Below are positions 9,314-19,935 of a stretch of DNA of 55,127 bases, piece by piece. The notes below the pieces were generated by a model. That model saw nothing but the letters and a program-made list of their open reading frames with translations. It ran no database searches and was not told the DNA's origin. Source of the stretch: a virus (lineage: Duplodnaviria > Caudoviricetes); IMG/VR virus record IMGVR_UViG_3300023179_004109, positions 1 through 55,127 of that record; one strand, given 5' to 3'. The position numbers were made by a program, and so were the translations under genes. Numbering within the stretch: position 1 is the first letter of the stretch; each line of letters starts with the position of its first letter.

Positions 9314-10876
9314 ATGTCTATATTTAAAGGAACATTTAACGATAGTATTAAGGAACAACTGAAAGTACGTCAAAAAGCAATAAACGACCGTACACCTCAA
9401 AATCTATCATATATGAATTCACGTAACGCGTGGATTAGGATGTCTTCATCTGTAAATACATTTACAGGAGGTATTGACGAAGATACAACAGCCGCAGATT
9501 TAAATGATGATGGAAAATATGATAACAAATTAGCTAAACAATACGTTTTACAAGGTGGAATCTTAAATGATAATAAATTACGAGCAGGATTAGGCGATTT
9601 CTCAAACGCATATAGCAATAAATCATTAGACGGAACAGCATATAAATTAGGTATTCGTCCTATGCCTGGTATTACTAATATAGATATTAAATCTAAAGGT
9701 GCATATGGCTCATTACGAGAAGCAACAGTAAATTTCCAATGTTGGGATATTAAACAATTAGAAGAATTAGAATTACTCTATATGCGCCCTGGGTATAGTG
9801 TACTATTAGAATGGGGATGGACTCCATTTTTAGATAATGATAATAAATACAATACTATTGTAGAATACACAGATATTATAAATACCGCTTACACTAAAGA
9901 AAAATTATTTAAATTACAATATGCTAAATCAGCAGATGGTAAATATATAGGTGAAGATGGTAAAGAACAAACAATAAAAGGATACCAAGGTAATTATGAT
10001 GCTATGTATGGTATCATTAAAAACTATGGTTGGACTGCTAGAATGGATGGAGGATATGATTGTAATACCTCAATTGTATCTATGGGTGAGGTTATGGAAT
10101 CTTTAAAAGTTAACTATTCTCCACTAAACAATGATATCCAAATTTCTACTAAAGGATTAATAGGCAAAAATGTTAGATCAGAAAACCCACCCGTTACTTT
10201 AACTCCCTCCACTTATAAAGATTTATCTAAAACATACAACCAGAATATATTAGCTGGATTATTTTATGAGTTATGGGAAATAGGAAGGCAAGTGGGAGAA
10301 GCTCAACCCGGAGCAGGAAGAGATGATACTACGGGACATAGTTTTAAATTAATAGATGATAAATATATTAGTACATATGAGATGTTTCGTATAGTTATTA
10401 ATATAAAAGGAGGAGAAAATGCAGGAAGTGGAACAGGTACTGTAGGAAAAACAGATGAACAAATATATATTACTTTAGAATCATTAGTTAATATACTTAA
10501 TAATTATGTTATATTAAAAGATGAAAAAGCTAAAACATCATTTTCTCCTTTATCTGTATTAGAATCCCCAATTAATAATAAGGGTGTAGTTGTTAATAGT
10601 CTTACTGGGGCAGGATATTTATTATCACTTGCTCATCCTCTTCAAGTATCTACTGATCCAACAGTGTGTCTTATTAAAAACCAATTATGGGGAAGTGGCT
10701 TTAAGGTTAATGTAGTAGCGGCTTCTGGATCTGCTGACCCAAATACAGGTACTCCTGTAATAACATATGGTAAACAACCAAATAATGACTATGATTCAGC
10801 TTGGTGGAAAGAATTAGCAGTAAATATATCTAATAGTCGTACGAAAAGGACAATTCTAGTATTGCTGCTGCAATAA
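9314..10876 (+). CDS. putative baseplate hub protein, N-terminal part (frame break near 10837-10873)
   Basis: Follows the LysM-like gene; RPMPGIT, GSLREATVNF, LYMRPGYSVLLEWGW motifs; reading continues in the -1 frame. Confidence 0.65.
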   Translation: MSIFKGTFNDSIKEQLKVRQKAINDRTPQNLSYMNSRNAWIRMSSSVNTFTGGIDEDTTAADLNDDGKYDNKLAKQYVLQGGILNDNKLRAGLGDFSNAYSNKSLDGTAYKLGIRPMPGITNIDIKSKGAYGSLREATVNFQCWDIKQLEELELLYMRPGYSVLLEWGWTPFLDNDNKYNTIVEYTDIINTAYTKEKLFKLQYAKSADGKYIGEDGKEQTIKGYQGNYDAMYGIIKNYGWTARMDGGYDCNTSIVSMGEVMESLKVNYSPLNNDIQISTKGLIGKNVRSENPPVTLTPSTYKDLSKTYNQNILAGLFYELWEIGRQVGEAQPGAGRDDTTGHSFKLIDDKYISTYEMFRIVINIKGGENAGSGTGTVGKTDEQIYITLESLVNILNNYVILKDEKAKTSFSPLSVLESPINNKGVVVNSLTGAGYLLSLAHPLQVSTDPTVCLIKNQLWGSGFKVNVVAASGSADPNTGTPVITYGKQPNNDYDSAWWKELAVNISNSRTKRTILVLLLQ

Positions 10877-12831
10877 ATGAAAGAAAAAAACTTATTGAGT
10901 TTGTTCAATTATCTGTAGGTCAAAACGGAGCAGCGATAGAAGAATTAAAAGAAATACAAAGAAGATTTATAGAAATTAAAACAACTCCTAAAATACCTCC
11001 AGGCGATATTAAAATATATAAAGATAAAACTTTAGCAGAATATAATAATTTTTATACCGTGTTAGAGGAAGGATTAATAAGAGATGATATACATCAAGCT
11101 ATTGGCTATAGAGATGCAAATAGTAAAGTTGTTAAAGGAGCTGAATTAACAATTGCAGCAGCATCAAGTGACCCATTAGCTATTGTAACAAAACAAGCAG
11201 CAGCCCAAAATAAGCAAATACAAAATAATATAGAAAAAGGAGTAGAAGGAGCTAGATTACTAAACCAACTTAAATTACCTTATTTTATAGGTAATGATTG
11301 GCAAGAAGAATTAGGTATAATAGGAAATATATATGTTAACTTAAATATGCTATATAATCTTAGTGTAAGTACAGATTTAGCAGCTCAAGATCCTAAAGAA
11401 AAAAACGATGTTGCCTTATATGATTTTGTAAAAAATATTTTAAAGAAAATATCATCAGCAACTGGTGATGTAAATAATTTAGAACTATTTATAGATCCTG
11501 CAAATAGTGTAACTAGAATAATTGATATAAACTATGTAGATACTAAAGAAAATGTAAAAAACGCATATGATAATATAGTTGAAGTTCAAGTACAAAATCT
11601 AAATTCAGTAGTACGGTCATACAAAATAGAGTCACAAATATTCCCAGACCAAATGACAACAGTAGCTATTGGCTCTCAAGTAAAAGGAGGAGCATTAGGA
11701 CAAGATAATAATACATTAGTAGATTTTAATAGAGGAATAATAGACCGGGTTGTACCTAGAAAAGTAGACCCAACTACCCCTTCTACACTAACCGACCCAA
11801 ATACTAATTTAAAAATATTAATAGATTCTTTAGGAGTATTATATACACTTTTTGGAAATCTTAAATCAAATTGGTTTGGAAGAGATGGTGAGTTTGATGT
11901 AGATGAAGCAGGTAAATATCAAAATTCATTAAAAGATTTAATAAATTTCTTTAAAGCAATAAGTACATCCCGTACAAAAAATAAAGCAATTATACCTACT
12001 AAAGTATCATTAGTAATGGATGGTATAGGAGGAATAGTAATAGGAAATCTATTTAAACTCCCTCCAAATGTATTACCTAAAGGATATAGAGGAGAAGGAG
12101 GAATAGGAAACAAAATAGGATACGCGGTTACTGGTTTAGGACATTCAATACAAAATAACGATTGGATAACTAACATAGATGCTCAATTTATAATATTAGA
12201 TGATCCAAAAGTAGGAATTGGAGGAATTGGAGGAATTAAAGTAGATTATGATAAACTAACAATAACTACTACAGGACAAGATGCTAGTGTAACTCCTGGG
12301 TCTCAATCAACAACAAATATTGGAGAAGGATCCTCACTAGAAAATAATCAAAAATATCCGGTATTAGTAAAAAGCGAAGATTTTAAAAAAGATTATAATT
12401 CCACTGTACAAAATTTAGCTAAAGTATCAACATCTGTTTCTGTAGCTGATTCTTTAAGAAAACAACTAGATAGAAAATATATAACTGAAAAAGGAGGTGA
12501 GCTATCTACTAATGGAGATATAACTGAAGATTTAAAATCAGCAATATTGGTATTCCAGAATAAATTAAAATCAACTGCTGGATTTGATTTTATCAATACT
12601 ATAGGACCAATTAGAATAACAGCAGGAAATGATACTTACCATAGAACATACGGTGACAAACGCAATAGAACAACTCATAGTCGCGGATTAGCTATAGATA
12701 TAGGAACAAAAGAATTTACACAAACCCAAATAGATAGTATAATGAACCTATTAAGAAGTTCAGGCTTTACATACGTTATATATCATGGTGGTAGTGCTCT
12801 TCATATTCATGCTAATATTTCAACTACTTAA
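10837..12831 (+). CDS. putative baseplate hub protein, C-terminal part with an M15-like Zn peptidoglycan peptidase domain
   Basis: Frame 1 is open from 10837 (the ORF track starts it at GTG 11059). C-terminal THSRGLAIDI...LHIHA matches the M15 / D-Ala-D-Ala peptidase Zn motif. Confidence 0.65.
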   Translation, partial: SYEKDNSSIAAAINERKKLIEFVQLSVGQNGAAIEELKEIQRRFIEIKTTPKIPPGDIKIYKDKTLAEYNNFYTVLEEGLIRDDIHQAIGYRDANSKVVKGAELTIAAASSDPLAIVTKQAAAQNKQIQNNIEKGVEGARLLNQLKLPYFIGNDWQEELGIIGNIYVNLNMLYNLSVSTDLAAQDPKEKNDVALYDFVKNILKKISSATGDVNNLELFIDPANSVTRIIDINYVDTKENVKNAYDNIVEVQVQNLNSVVRSYKIESQIFPDQMTTVAIGSQVKGGALGQDNNTLVDFNRGIIDRVVPRKVDPTTPSTLTDPNTNLKILIDSLGVLYTLFGNLKSNWFGRDGEFDVDEAGKYQNSLKDLINFFKAISTSRTKNKAIIPTKVSLVMDGIGGIVIGNLFKLPPNVLPKGYRGEGGIGNKIGYAVTGLGHSIQNNDWITNIDAQFIILDDPKVGIGGIGGIKVDYDKLTITTTGQDASVTPGSQSTTNIGEGSSLENNQKYPVLVKSEDFKKDYNSTVQNLAKVSTSVSVADSLRKQLDRKYITEKGGELSTNGDITEDLKSAILVFQNKLKSTAGFDFINTIGPIRITAGNDTYHRTYGDKRNRTTHSRGLAIDIGTKEFTQTQIDSIMNLLRSSGFTYVIYHGGSALHIHANISTT

Positions 12832-12834
12832 ATA

Positions 12835-13347
12835 ATGTCATTAAGAATACCATCAAATCAAATTGTAAAAAGTAAATATACTATTGGAAAAGAGTATATG
12901 TTTGAAAGTACTTATAGAGAGTATCAGGGGTATTATTATGAGTTAAATGGAAAGTTATTTGCAGGTAAAGAATTTAATAATAATGCCCCCGTATTAGTAA
13001 AAATAAATTTAAATAATATTAATCCTTTGCGAACAAATCCTGCTACATTAGTATATGGAATAATATCTGGGGTAAAATTAGATAATACAAAAATTAATTC
13101 ATATTATTTTAATGTAGATACTACGGATAACGTCTTTAGATATTTTATTAAAAAAGTGAATGAAAATATAATTAAAGAAATCAATGAAGATACCTTTAAT
13201 CAAATTCAAAATAATTCAATATATCTTTCTGTATCTTTATATTATCAAAGTGGTTTTAACAAAAATGACTTAGATAATGCAGAAAAACAAATACCTGGTC
13301 TTAAAGAATATATCAATACAACTTACGCTCCAGGAGTTACAGATTAA
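12835..13347 (+). CDS. hypothetical protein, end of the baseplate module
   Basis: 170-aa Tyr/Asn-rich ORF coupled to the upstream gene. Confidence 0.65.
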   Translation: MSLRIPSNQIVKSKYTIGKEYMFESTYREYQGYYYELNGKLFAGKEFNNNAPVLVKINLNNINPLRTNPATLVYGIISGVKLDNTKINSYYFNVDTTDNVFRYFIKKVNENIIKEINEDTFNQIQNNSIYLSVSLYYQSGFNKNDLDNAEKQIPGLKEYINTTYAPGVTD

Positions 13348-13354
13348 AAATATT

Positions 13355-13386
13355 TTTGAAAGGCTAAATCTCCTTTCATATCTTTA
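13355..13386 (+). promoter_or_regulatory. Bacteroidetes-type promoter-like element TTTG-N20-TATCTTTA
   Basis: Resembles the -33 TTTG / -7 TAnnTTTG consensus with a 20-nt spacer, at the start of the replication module. Confidence 0.5.
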
Positions 13387-13408
13387 AGCAAACAAAAGGT
13401 TATGAAAT

Positions 13409-14704
13409 ATGTTTTATATTATTGAAAGAAAAGATCAACTAGACCAACTAGGTCCATTTAAAGATTGCTTTGTAAAGTTTATTCAAGGGAATGACAATTA
13501 CCACCCCAAATTAAGTCCGTTAAGCTTAATCTATGTCAGAGATACATCTGAACATAAAGGATACATTCTATGCTTAAACCACAATGAATCATTTTCATTA
13601 GAAATTAAAGACGCATTTGATTGGTTATTAAATAAAACCGAACGCTTATTCGTATTGAATAAGAAAGAAGCACTATATTCATTTCCACACGAACACAAAT
13701 TATTCGATATTGAATTCCTTAAACTTCCAGACTTAACAGAAGCACTCAATATACCAGCAATTAAGTACTACTACCAACATCATACTGCATTACCAAATGT
13801 TAATTGCTTAATTCCAATTAGTAAACACTATGAAGAAAACGAAAACGTATTTAGTGTAATACTACCTATAGTCCGTAGCTACCGAGCAGATAACGCCGTT
13901 TATGCGTTTAATAACGGCCCTTTAACGCGCGTATTTCACGAGATAGAATCACAAGGTATACAAGTAGATAAAAAATGCTTCGTGGATTGCTATGGCGAAG
14001 AACTAAAATATCCTCAATTTAATCTTAGCAAAAGCAAAATATACAGCCAATACAATTTACAAACACTAACTGGTAGACCATCAAACACATATAACAGCAT
14101 TAACTTCGCAGCATTAAATAAAACAAGTGGCGAACGTTTATGCTATAAGCCCGCAAATGACACATTTGTAGAATTCGATATGCAAGGATATCATCCACGC
14201 TTAATAGCTGAATTAATTAAATTTGAATTTAATAATAAAAACACATACGAGACATTAGGAGAATTATTAGGCGTCAGTACTCAGGAAGCTAAGGAATTAA
14301 CATTCAAACAATTATATGGAGGTGTATGGGATGAGTATAGAAATAAACCATTCTTCAAAGATATCGTAGCGTTAACCGATGGTATATGGGAAGAATACCA
14401 ATATGGGGGGCGATATTCGACAGAAAATCGAATATTTATATCTGACCGTGAGATGACGCAATCTAAATTGCTGAATTACATCGTTCAAAGTATGGAAACA
14501 TCAACTAATGTTAAGATGTTGATAGATATATTGGATTATTTAAAAGATAAACAAACAAAAATAGTACTGTATACTTATGATGCATTCTTATTCGATTATG
14601 CTGAATCAGACGGAAAACAAACACTAATAGATATAAAACAGTTAATTAAATACCCAGTAAACATTAAAATGGGTAAATCTTATCACGAACTAAACAAAAT
14701 ATAA
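13409..14704 (+). CDS. short family A DNA polymerase-like protein
   Basis: TGRPS; motif A FDMQGYHPR; motif B AKELTFKQLYGG; LLNYIVQS; motif C YTYDAFLFD. Only 431 aa. Confidence 0.8.
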   Translation: MFYIIERKDQLDQLGPFKDCFVKFIQGNDNYHPKLSPLSLIYVRDTSEHKGYILCLNHNESFSLEIKDAFDWLLNKTERLFVLNKKEALYSFPHEHKLFDIEFLKLPDLTEALNIPAIKYYYQHHTALPNVNCLIPISKHYEENENVFSVILPIVRSYRADNAVYAFNNGPLTRVFHEIESQGIQVDKKCFVDCYGEELKYPQFNLSKSKIYSQYNLQTLTGRPSNTYNSINFAALNKTSGERLCYKPANDTFVEFDMQGYHPRLIAELIKFEFNNKNTYETLGELLGVSTQEAKELTFKQLYGGVWDEYRNKPFFKDIVALTDGIWEEYQYGGRYSTENRIFISDREMTQSKLLNYIVQSMETSTNVKMLIDILDYLKDKQTKIVLYTYDAFLFDYAESDGKQTLIDIKQLIKYPVNIKMGKSYHELNKI

Positions 14705-15171
14705 TGGACAGTAAGATATCATTAGTAAACAATCCTAACATATTTATGGGTAATGAATGGTCACCCAACACAGACTTAATGAACAAATTATTTTGTACTT
14801 TTACATTATTGATTGATTTAGAGGAAACAGTAACAACAATTAATCGCAGATACTCAATATTATTCGGTAAAATATTTATACTTGAATCACCTCAAAGTGA
14901 TGAATTGATATGCACATACAATATTGATACCAATAATGTATCAGCAGCACCAATGCCTAATACAATATTACTACATCGCAAGAAAGAATCTAATACATTA
15001 TACACTATTAATGCACTTAATACATTGATTATGTCATTGAATGAAGGTAGATTAGATAAAAACTATATGGTGAATTGGCAGGATTATAAAAATAGTATAT
15101 TACTAACTAATGGTCTTGATTTAAGAAAATTAGATACAGCAATACATAAGATAATAGATTTCAATAAATAA
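14704..15171 (+). CDS. hypothetical protein
   Basis: 155-aa ORF with start overlapping the upstream stop; an internal start at MNKLFCTF is possible. Confidence 0.7.
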   Translation: MDSKISLVNNPNIFMGNEWSPNTDLMNKLFCTFTLLIDLEETVTTINRRYSILFGKIFILESPQSDELICTYNIDTNNVSAAPMPNTILLHRKKESNTLYTINALNTLIMSLNEGRLDKNYMVNWQDYKNSILLTNGLDLRKLDTAIHKIIDFNK

Positions 15172-15264
15172 TCTTCGTAAGAAGAGTTTTGAAAACCAAA
15201 ATAAGAATCATAGATTCAACCTATATTGTGTTCATAGAACACCTAACAATTAAACCCAATTAAC

Positions 15265-16101
15265 ATGGACTTAAGTCTCATCAAGCAGAAGTTGACCGCT
15301 TCTCAAAACAAAGGTCAAAAGAAAACATACGAAAAGATCGACTACTCAAAGATCTTCTGGAAACCAAAACCAGGTAAACATCAAGTTCGTATTTTACCTT
15401 CAAAATTCAACAAAGCCGATCCATTCCGCGAAGTGTATTTCCACTATGGTTTCTCTAAAGGACCTATCTTGGCATTAACTAACTGGGATGAAAAAGATCC
15501 AATCGCTGAATTCGCAAAATCACTACGCAAATCATCGGACAAAGAAGATTGGCAATTGGCATCAAAAATCAGTCCTAAATTACGTTATTTCGTTCCTGTA
15601 ATTGTACGTGGCGAAGAAGCAGCAGGTGCTCGTTTATGGGAATTTGGTAAATTGATCTACGACCAACTCTTAGGTATTGCTAATGACGAAGATTATGGTG
15701 ATTTTACTGACATTACAGATGGTCGTGACTTTACAGTTGAAGCTGTTGAAGAAGCAGTAATGGGTAGAAAAGGTATTAAATGCACACTCCGCGTTAAACC
15801 TAAAACAACTACAATTTCAGATGACGCCGCATTCGTAACTAATGTATTAGAAAATCAACCCGATATTCTTAGCATTAACAAGCGTTACACATTTGATGAA
15901 TTGAAAGATTTATTAGATAAGTGGTTAAATCCTGAAGACGAAGAAACAACTGAGACTCCAATCGCTTCTAAAACAGAAGATGAAGAGGAAGAAGATGATT
16001 TCTTAAAGGAAATGAACAAGCCGGTAGAACAAACCTACAAACTTGATACCAACGCAGCAAAAACGTCCAACGCTGACAAATTCGACGATTTATTTAACTA
16101 G
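15265..16101 (+). CDS. single-stranded DNA-binding protein (T4 gp32-like)
   Basis: FWKP..G...VRILP, DITDGRDFTV, acidic C-terminal tail ending DKFDDLFN. Confidence 0.85.
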   Translation: MDLSLIKQKLTASQNKGQKKTYEKIDYSKIFWKPKPGKHQVRILPSKFNKADPFREVYFHYGFSKGPILALTNWDEKDPIAEFAKSLRKSSDKEDWQLASKISPKLRYFVPVIVRGEEAAGARLWEFGKLIYDQLLGIANDEDYGDFTDITDGRDFTVEAVEEAVMGRKGIKCTLRVKPKTTTISDDAAFVTNVLENQPDILSINKRYTFDELKDLLDKWLNPEDEETTETPIASKTEDEEEEDDFLKEMNKPVEQTYKLDTNAAKTSNADKFDDLFN

Positions 16102-16113
16102 TAAAATCAAGTT

Positions 16114-17217
16114 ATGGCCAAAGCAAAAACAGGGGAAACACTCTCGAGTGTAATATCCAAATCAATAAACTCTAAGGACGGTTTTAATTTAGATAATTTT
16201 AAAAAATCTAAATTTCTAGACCAATCTGTTAAGTTTAAAAAACAAAGATGGGTTCCATTCTCTCCTGCATTACAGGAAGCATTAGGAATACCAGGAATAC
16301 CATTAGGTGGAGTAACATTACTTCGTGGCCATTCAAACACAGGAAAATCTACAACACTATCTGAAATAGCAGCTAATGCTCAACAGATGGGAGTACTACC
16401 TGTATACATCATTACTGAGATGAAACATGATTGGGATTTCCCAAGAAAGTTAGGATTTCAAATGGAAGAGGAAGTAGATGAAGAAACTGGAGAAGTTATT
16501 AACTACAAAGGATTCTTCATGTACGTAGATAGAGGTTCCTTAAATAGCATTGAGGATATGGCTGGATTTATAGCTGATCTTCTAAACGAACAAGCACAGG
16601 GTAAATTACCATACGATTTATTATTCTTAATTGATAGTATCGGTTCAATCCCATGTAAAATGAGTATAGAAGCTAACAACAACAATCCTCAATGGAATGC
16701 AGGCGCGTATAGTCAACAATTTGGTAATTTCATTAACCAAAGAATTACACTATCACGTAAAGAAACACAACCTTACACTAATACTATAGTAGCAGTAAAT
16801 AAAGTATGGGTATCACCAGCCGAAACTAGGTTCTCGCAACCTAAAATGAGAAATAAAGGTGGAGATACAATGTTCTATGATGCTTCATTAGTATTAACAT
16901 TTGGTAATATTACCAATTCAGGTGTAAGTAAAATTAAAGCTACTAAGAACGGAAAAGAAGTAGAATTCGCAACCCGAACTAAAGTAAGCTGCGATAAGAA
17001 TCACGTTACTGGAATCACTACTAAGTCAACTATAGTAATGACACCTCATGGATTTATAGAAGATGAACCTAAAGCTATTGACAAATACAAAAAAGAGCAT
17101 AGCAGTGAATGGTCATCAATTTTAGGAACCACAGGTGAAATCAAAATTGTAGAAGATAACTCAGAATGGGAAGAAGATAACAAAAATATTCCCGTAATAG
17201 GAGTAGAGGAAAACTAG
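16114..17217 (+). CDS. uvsX: RecA/UvsX-family recombinase
   Basis: Walker A GHSNTGKST, Walker B FLIDSIGS, KGG..MFY and KNH motifs. Confidence 0.85.
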   Translation: MAKAKTGETLSSVISKSINSKDGFNLDNFKKSKFLDQSVKFKKQRWVPFSPALQEALGIPGIPLGGVTLLRGHSNTGKSTTLSEIAANAQQMGVLPVYIITEMKHDWDFPRKLGFQMEEEVDEETGEVINYKGFFMYVDRGSLNSIEDMAGFIADLLNEQAQGKLPYDLLFLIDSIGSIPCKMSIEANNNNPQWNAGAYSQQFGNFINQRITLSRKETQPYTNTIVAVNKVWVSPAETRFSQPKMRNKGGDTMFYDASLVLTFGNITNSGVSKIKATKNGKEVEFATRTKVSCDKNHVTGITTKSTIVMTPHGFIEDEPKAIDKYKKEHSSEWSSILGTTGEIKIVEDNSEWEEDNKNIPVIGVEEN

Positions 17218-17218
17218 T

Positions 17219-18244
17219 ATGAAAAACAAATATGCCAATATGTTGGCTAAGGTAAATAATGATCAACGCGGAGTCCAAGACTCCGTTTTGATTCTGGATG
17301 GCTTAAATACATTCTTAAGAGCATTTACTATGATCAACCACATTAACCCTGAAGGCCATCACGTTGGTGGTCTGACGGGTTTCTTAAAATCTTTAGGCTA
17401 CGCTATCAAAATGATAGACCCTACAAAAGTGATTATAGTATTTGATGGTGTTGGAGGTTCCAATAGCAAACGAAATTTATTCCCTAATTATAAAGCTAAT
17501 AGGAATACAAGCCGAATGACTAATTATGCTATCTTCTCTAGTAAAGAGGACGAGAGAGAAGCTATAAATAATCAAATGGCAAGATTAATAAATTATCTTC
17601 AATGTCTACCAGTATCTATGATCTGTGTAGATGGAATTGAAGCGGACGATACAATAGGATATCTAGTAGGTAAATTTGAGAAATTTAAATCTACTAAAGA
17701 AGTAGTAATAATGTCTGCTGATAAAGATTTCCTTCAATTAGTAAGTGATAAAGTAAAAGTATATTCACCTACTAAAAAGAAAATATATAAACCCTCTGAT
17801 GTACTAGAAGAATATAAAGTTAGCAGCATCAATTTCATTAACTATAAAGTATTAATGGGAGATGTCTCAGATAATATACCAGGTATAAATGGATTAGGAC
17901 CTAAAAAACTATTCAAAATGTTTCCTGAATTAGCAACAGATATACCATTGACAGTAGAAGGTATAATAAATAAAGCTACTAAGAATATAAATGAACATGA
18001 CTTATACGCTCGCATAATAGAAAGAAAACGCCAACTAGAAATTAACAATCAATTGATGAATCTAAAGACAATTCCTATATCACAAGGTAATGAGGAACAA
18101 ATTAAAGCTAGCTTCAACTCACAGTATAAATTAAATTCACATGCTTTTATGAGTATGTATACTGCTGATAAGTTAGGCGAAAGTATACCTAATACACCTA
18201 CTTGGTTAAATCAAGTATTTGGTTCTCTAGATTCTTCTAAATAA
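17219..18244 (+). CDS. 5'-3' exonuclease (Pol I 5' nuclease / T4 RNase H family)
   Basis: LILDGLN, VFDG, YKANR, EADD, SADKDFLQL, GDVSDNIPGINGLGPK. Confidence 0.92.
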   Translation: MKNKYANMLAKVNNDQRGVQDSVLILDGLNTFLRAFTMINHINPEGHHVGGLTGFLKSLGYAIKMIDPTKVIIVFDGVGGSNSKRNLFPNYKANRNTSRMTNYAIFSSKEDEREAINNQMARLINYLQCLPVSMICVDGIEADDTIGYLVGKFEKFKSTKEVVIMSADKDFLQLVSDKVKVYSPTKKKIYKPSDVLEEYKVSSINFINYKVLMGDVSDNIPGINGLGPKKLFKMFPELATDIPLTVEGIINKATKNINEHDLYARIIERKRQLEINNQLMNLKTIPISQGNEEQIKASFNSQYKLNSHAFMSMYTADKLGESIPNTPTWLNQVFGSLDSSK

Positions 18245-18264
18245 ATTTAAATAAAATAGGTTAT

Positions 18265-19641
18265 ATGGCTACATTAAATAAGCTTAATCAATACGGAAAC
18301 GCCTTCCAGATTAAAGTATTAGGCGCATTATTAACACAACGAGATTTCCTATTAAATATAGCAGATTCATTAGACAGTGAGTATTTCGAATCACAAGCAC
18401 ATAAATGGGTAATAGAATATATTATTAAATACTTCAGCCAATACCATACTTACCCTACAATAGAAACATTAGCGATTGAAATTAAAAAGATTGATAATGA
18501 AGTATTAAGAATATCACTTACAGATTCAATACGTGAAGCATATAAAATGTCTGATGTAAGTGATCTAGAATGGGTAGAGAAGGAATTTAGTGATTTCTGT
18601 AAGAACCAGCAAATGAAAAAAGCAATTATGACATCAGTAGACCTACTAAACTTAGGCGACTATGATGGAATTAGAGGCTTAATTAACGATGCTATGAAAG
18701 CAGGTGAAGAGAAAAATATAGGTCATATATATGAAACCGATGTTGAATCTAGATATAGAAAAGACGATAGAAACGTCATTCCATTCCCTTGGAAAACATT
18801 TAATGAATTAACACAAGGTGGATACGGTAAAGGAGATCTAGTATTACTATTCGGTAACCCAGGTGGAGGCAAATCATGGGGTGTAATTGCAATGGGAGCG
18901 TATGCCGCAGCATTAGGGTTCAACGTAGTACATTATACATTAGAACTATCAGAAGGATATGTAGGTAAACGTTATGATGCAGTATTCTCAGGTGTAGATG
19001 TAGATAAATTAGATAATCATCGCAACGATGTAAACGAAGCAATCGCTAAAATAAAAGGTAAAATCGTTATTAAAGAATATGCACCAAAACGAGCATCATT
19101 AGATACAATCGAAGCACATCTACAACAATTAGAACATCAAAACGAATTTAAACCCGATATGATCATTATTGACTATTTAGATCTATTAAGAACTAAAGGT
19201 AGAAAAGAACGTAAAGATGAAATCGATGACGTTTATACTGATGCTAAAGGAATGGCTAAAGAATTAGGAATACCTGTAGTATCACCATCACAAGCAAATA
19301 GAACAGGCGCAGATAAGGACATACTTCAAGCGGAAAATGCGGCTGGCTCATACGATAAAATAATGATTGGAGATATCATTATATCGCTTGCACGTGGCAG
19401 AAAAGATAAGGTAAATGGTACTGGTAATTGGCACTTCATTAAAAATAGATACGGCGCTGATGGATTAACATTCGGCTCTCACATCAACACAGCCAACGGC
19501 TACATAGACATAAATGAACAACCTAGGGATGATGAAGAACAAGATAATAAACAAACTAAAGCATCTAGTTATTCAGACGTAGGAGTAGAAGATCGTTACG
19601 TTCTTCGAAGCAAGTTCATGAAATTAGAAAATGAAGCATAG
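18265..19641 (+). CDS. dnaB: replicative DnaB-family helicase (gp41-like)
   Basis: Walker A GNPGGGKS, YTLEL, IIIDYLDLL, SQANR, KNRYG. Confidence 0.9.
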   Translation: MATLNKLNQYGNAFQIKVLGALLTQRDFLLNIADSLDSEYFESQAHKWVIEYIIKYFSQYHTYPTIETLAIEIKKIDNEVLRISLTDSIREAYKMSDVSDLEWVEKEFSDFCKNQQMKKAIMTSVDLLNLGDYDGIRGLINDAMKAGEEKNIGHIYETDVESRYRKDDRNVIPFPWKTFNELTQGGYGKGDLVLLFGNPGGGKSWGVIAMGAYAAALGFNVVHYTLELSEGYVGKRYDAVFSGVDVDKLDNHRNDVNEAIAKIKGKIVIKEYAPKRASLDTIEAHLQQLEHQNEFKPDMIIIDYLDLLRTKGRKERKDEIDDVYTDAKGMAKELGIPVVSPSQANRTGADKDILQAENAAGSYDKIMIGDIIISLARGRKDKVNGTGNWHFIKNRYGADGLTFGSHINTANGYIDINEQPRDDEEQDNKQTKASSYSDVGVEDRYVLRSKFMKLENEA

Positions 19642-19677
19642 TATATACTATATTTATAACTACAACAATTAAATTTA

Positions 19678-19935
19678 ATGATAACAGTAAAAAGATTTAC
19701 AAGTACATGGTGCCAGCCTTGTAAGCAGCTTTCCCCAATTATAGGACAAATACAATCAGAAATGTCAAATGTGGATTTTCAAACCATAGACGTAGATGCT
19801 AGCCCGGACCTAGTAATGAAATATAATGTAACTTCAATCCCCGCTTTAATATTTGAGAAGGATGGGCAAGAAGTAAAGCGTATCTTAGGTATGCAATCAA
19901 GATCAACATTAATTTCAATTTTAAACTCACTTTAA
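19678..19935 (+). CDS. trxA: thioredoxin
   Basis: WCQPC active site, IP cis-Pro motif; directly upstream of the RNR genes. Confidence 0.9.
   Translation: MITVKRFTSTWCQPCKQLSPIIGQIQSEMSNVDFQTIDVDASPDLVMKYNVTSIPALIFEKDGQEVKRILGMQSRSTLISILNSL

Noticed and set aside
446-13347. Tail module as a bacterial contractile injection system or tailocin
   Set aside because: It is contiguous with a full phage replisome, RNR and DNA-modification genes, which indicates a phage genome.
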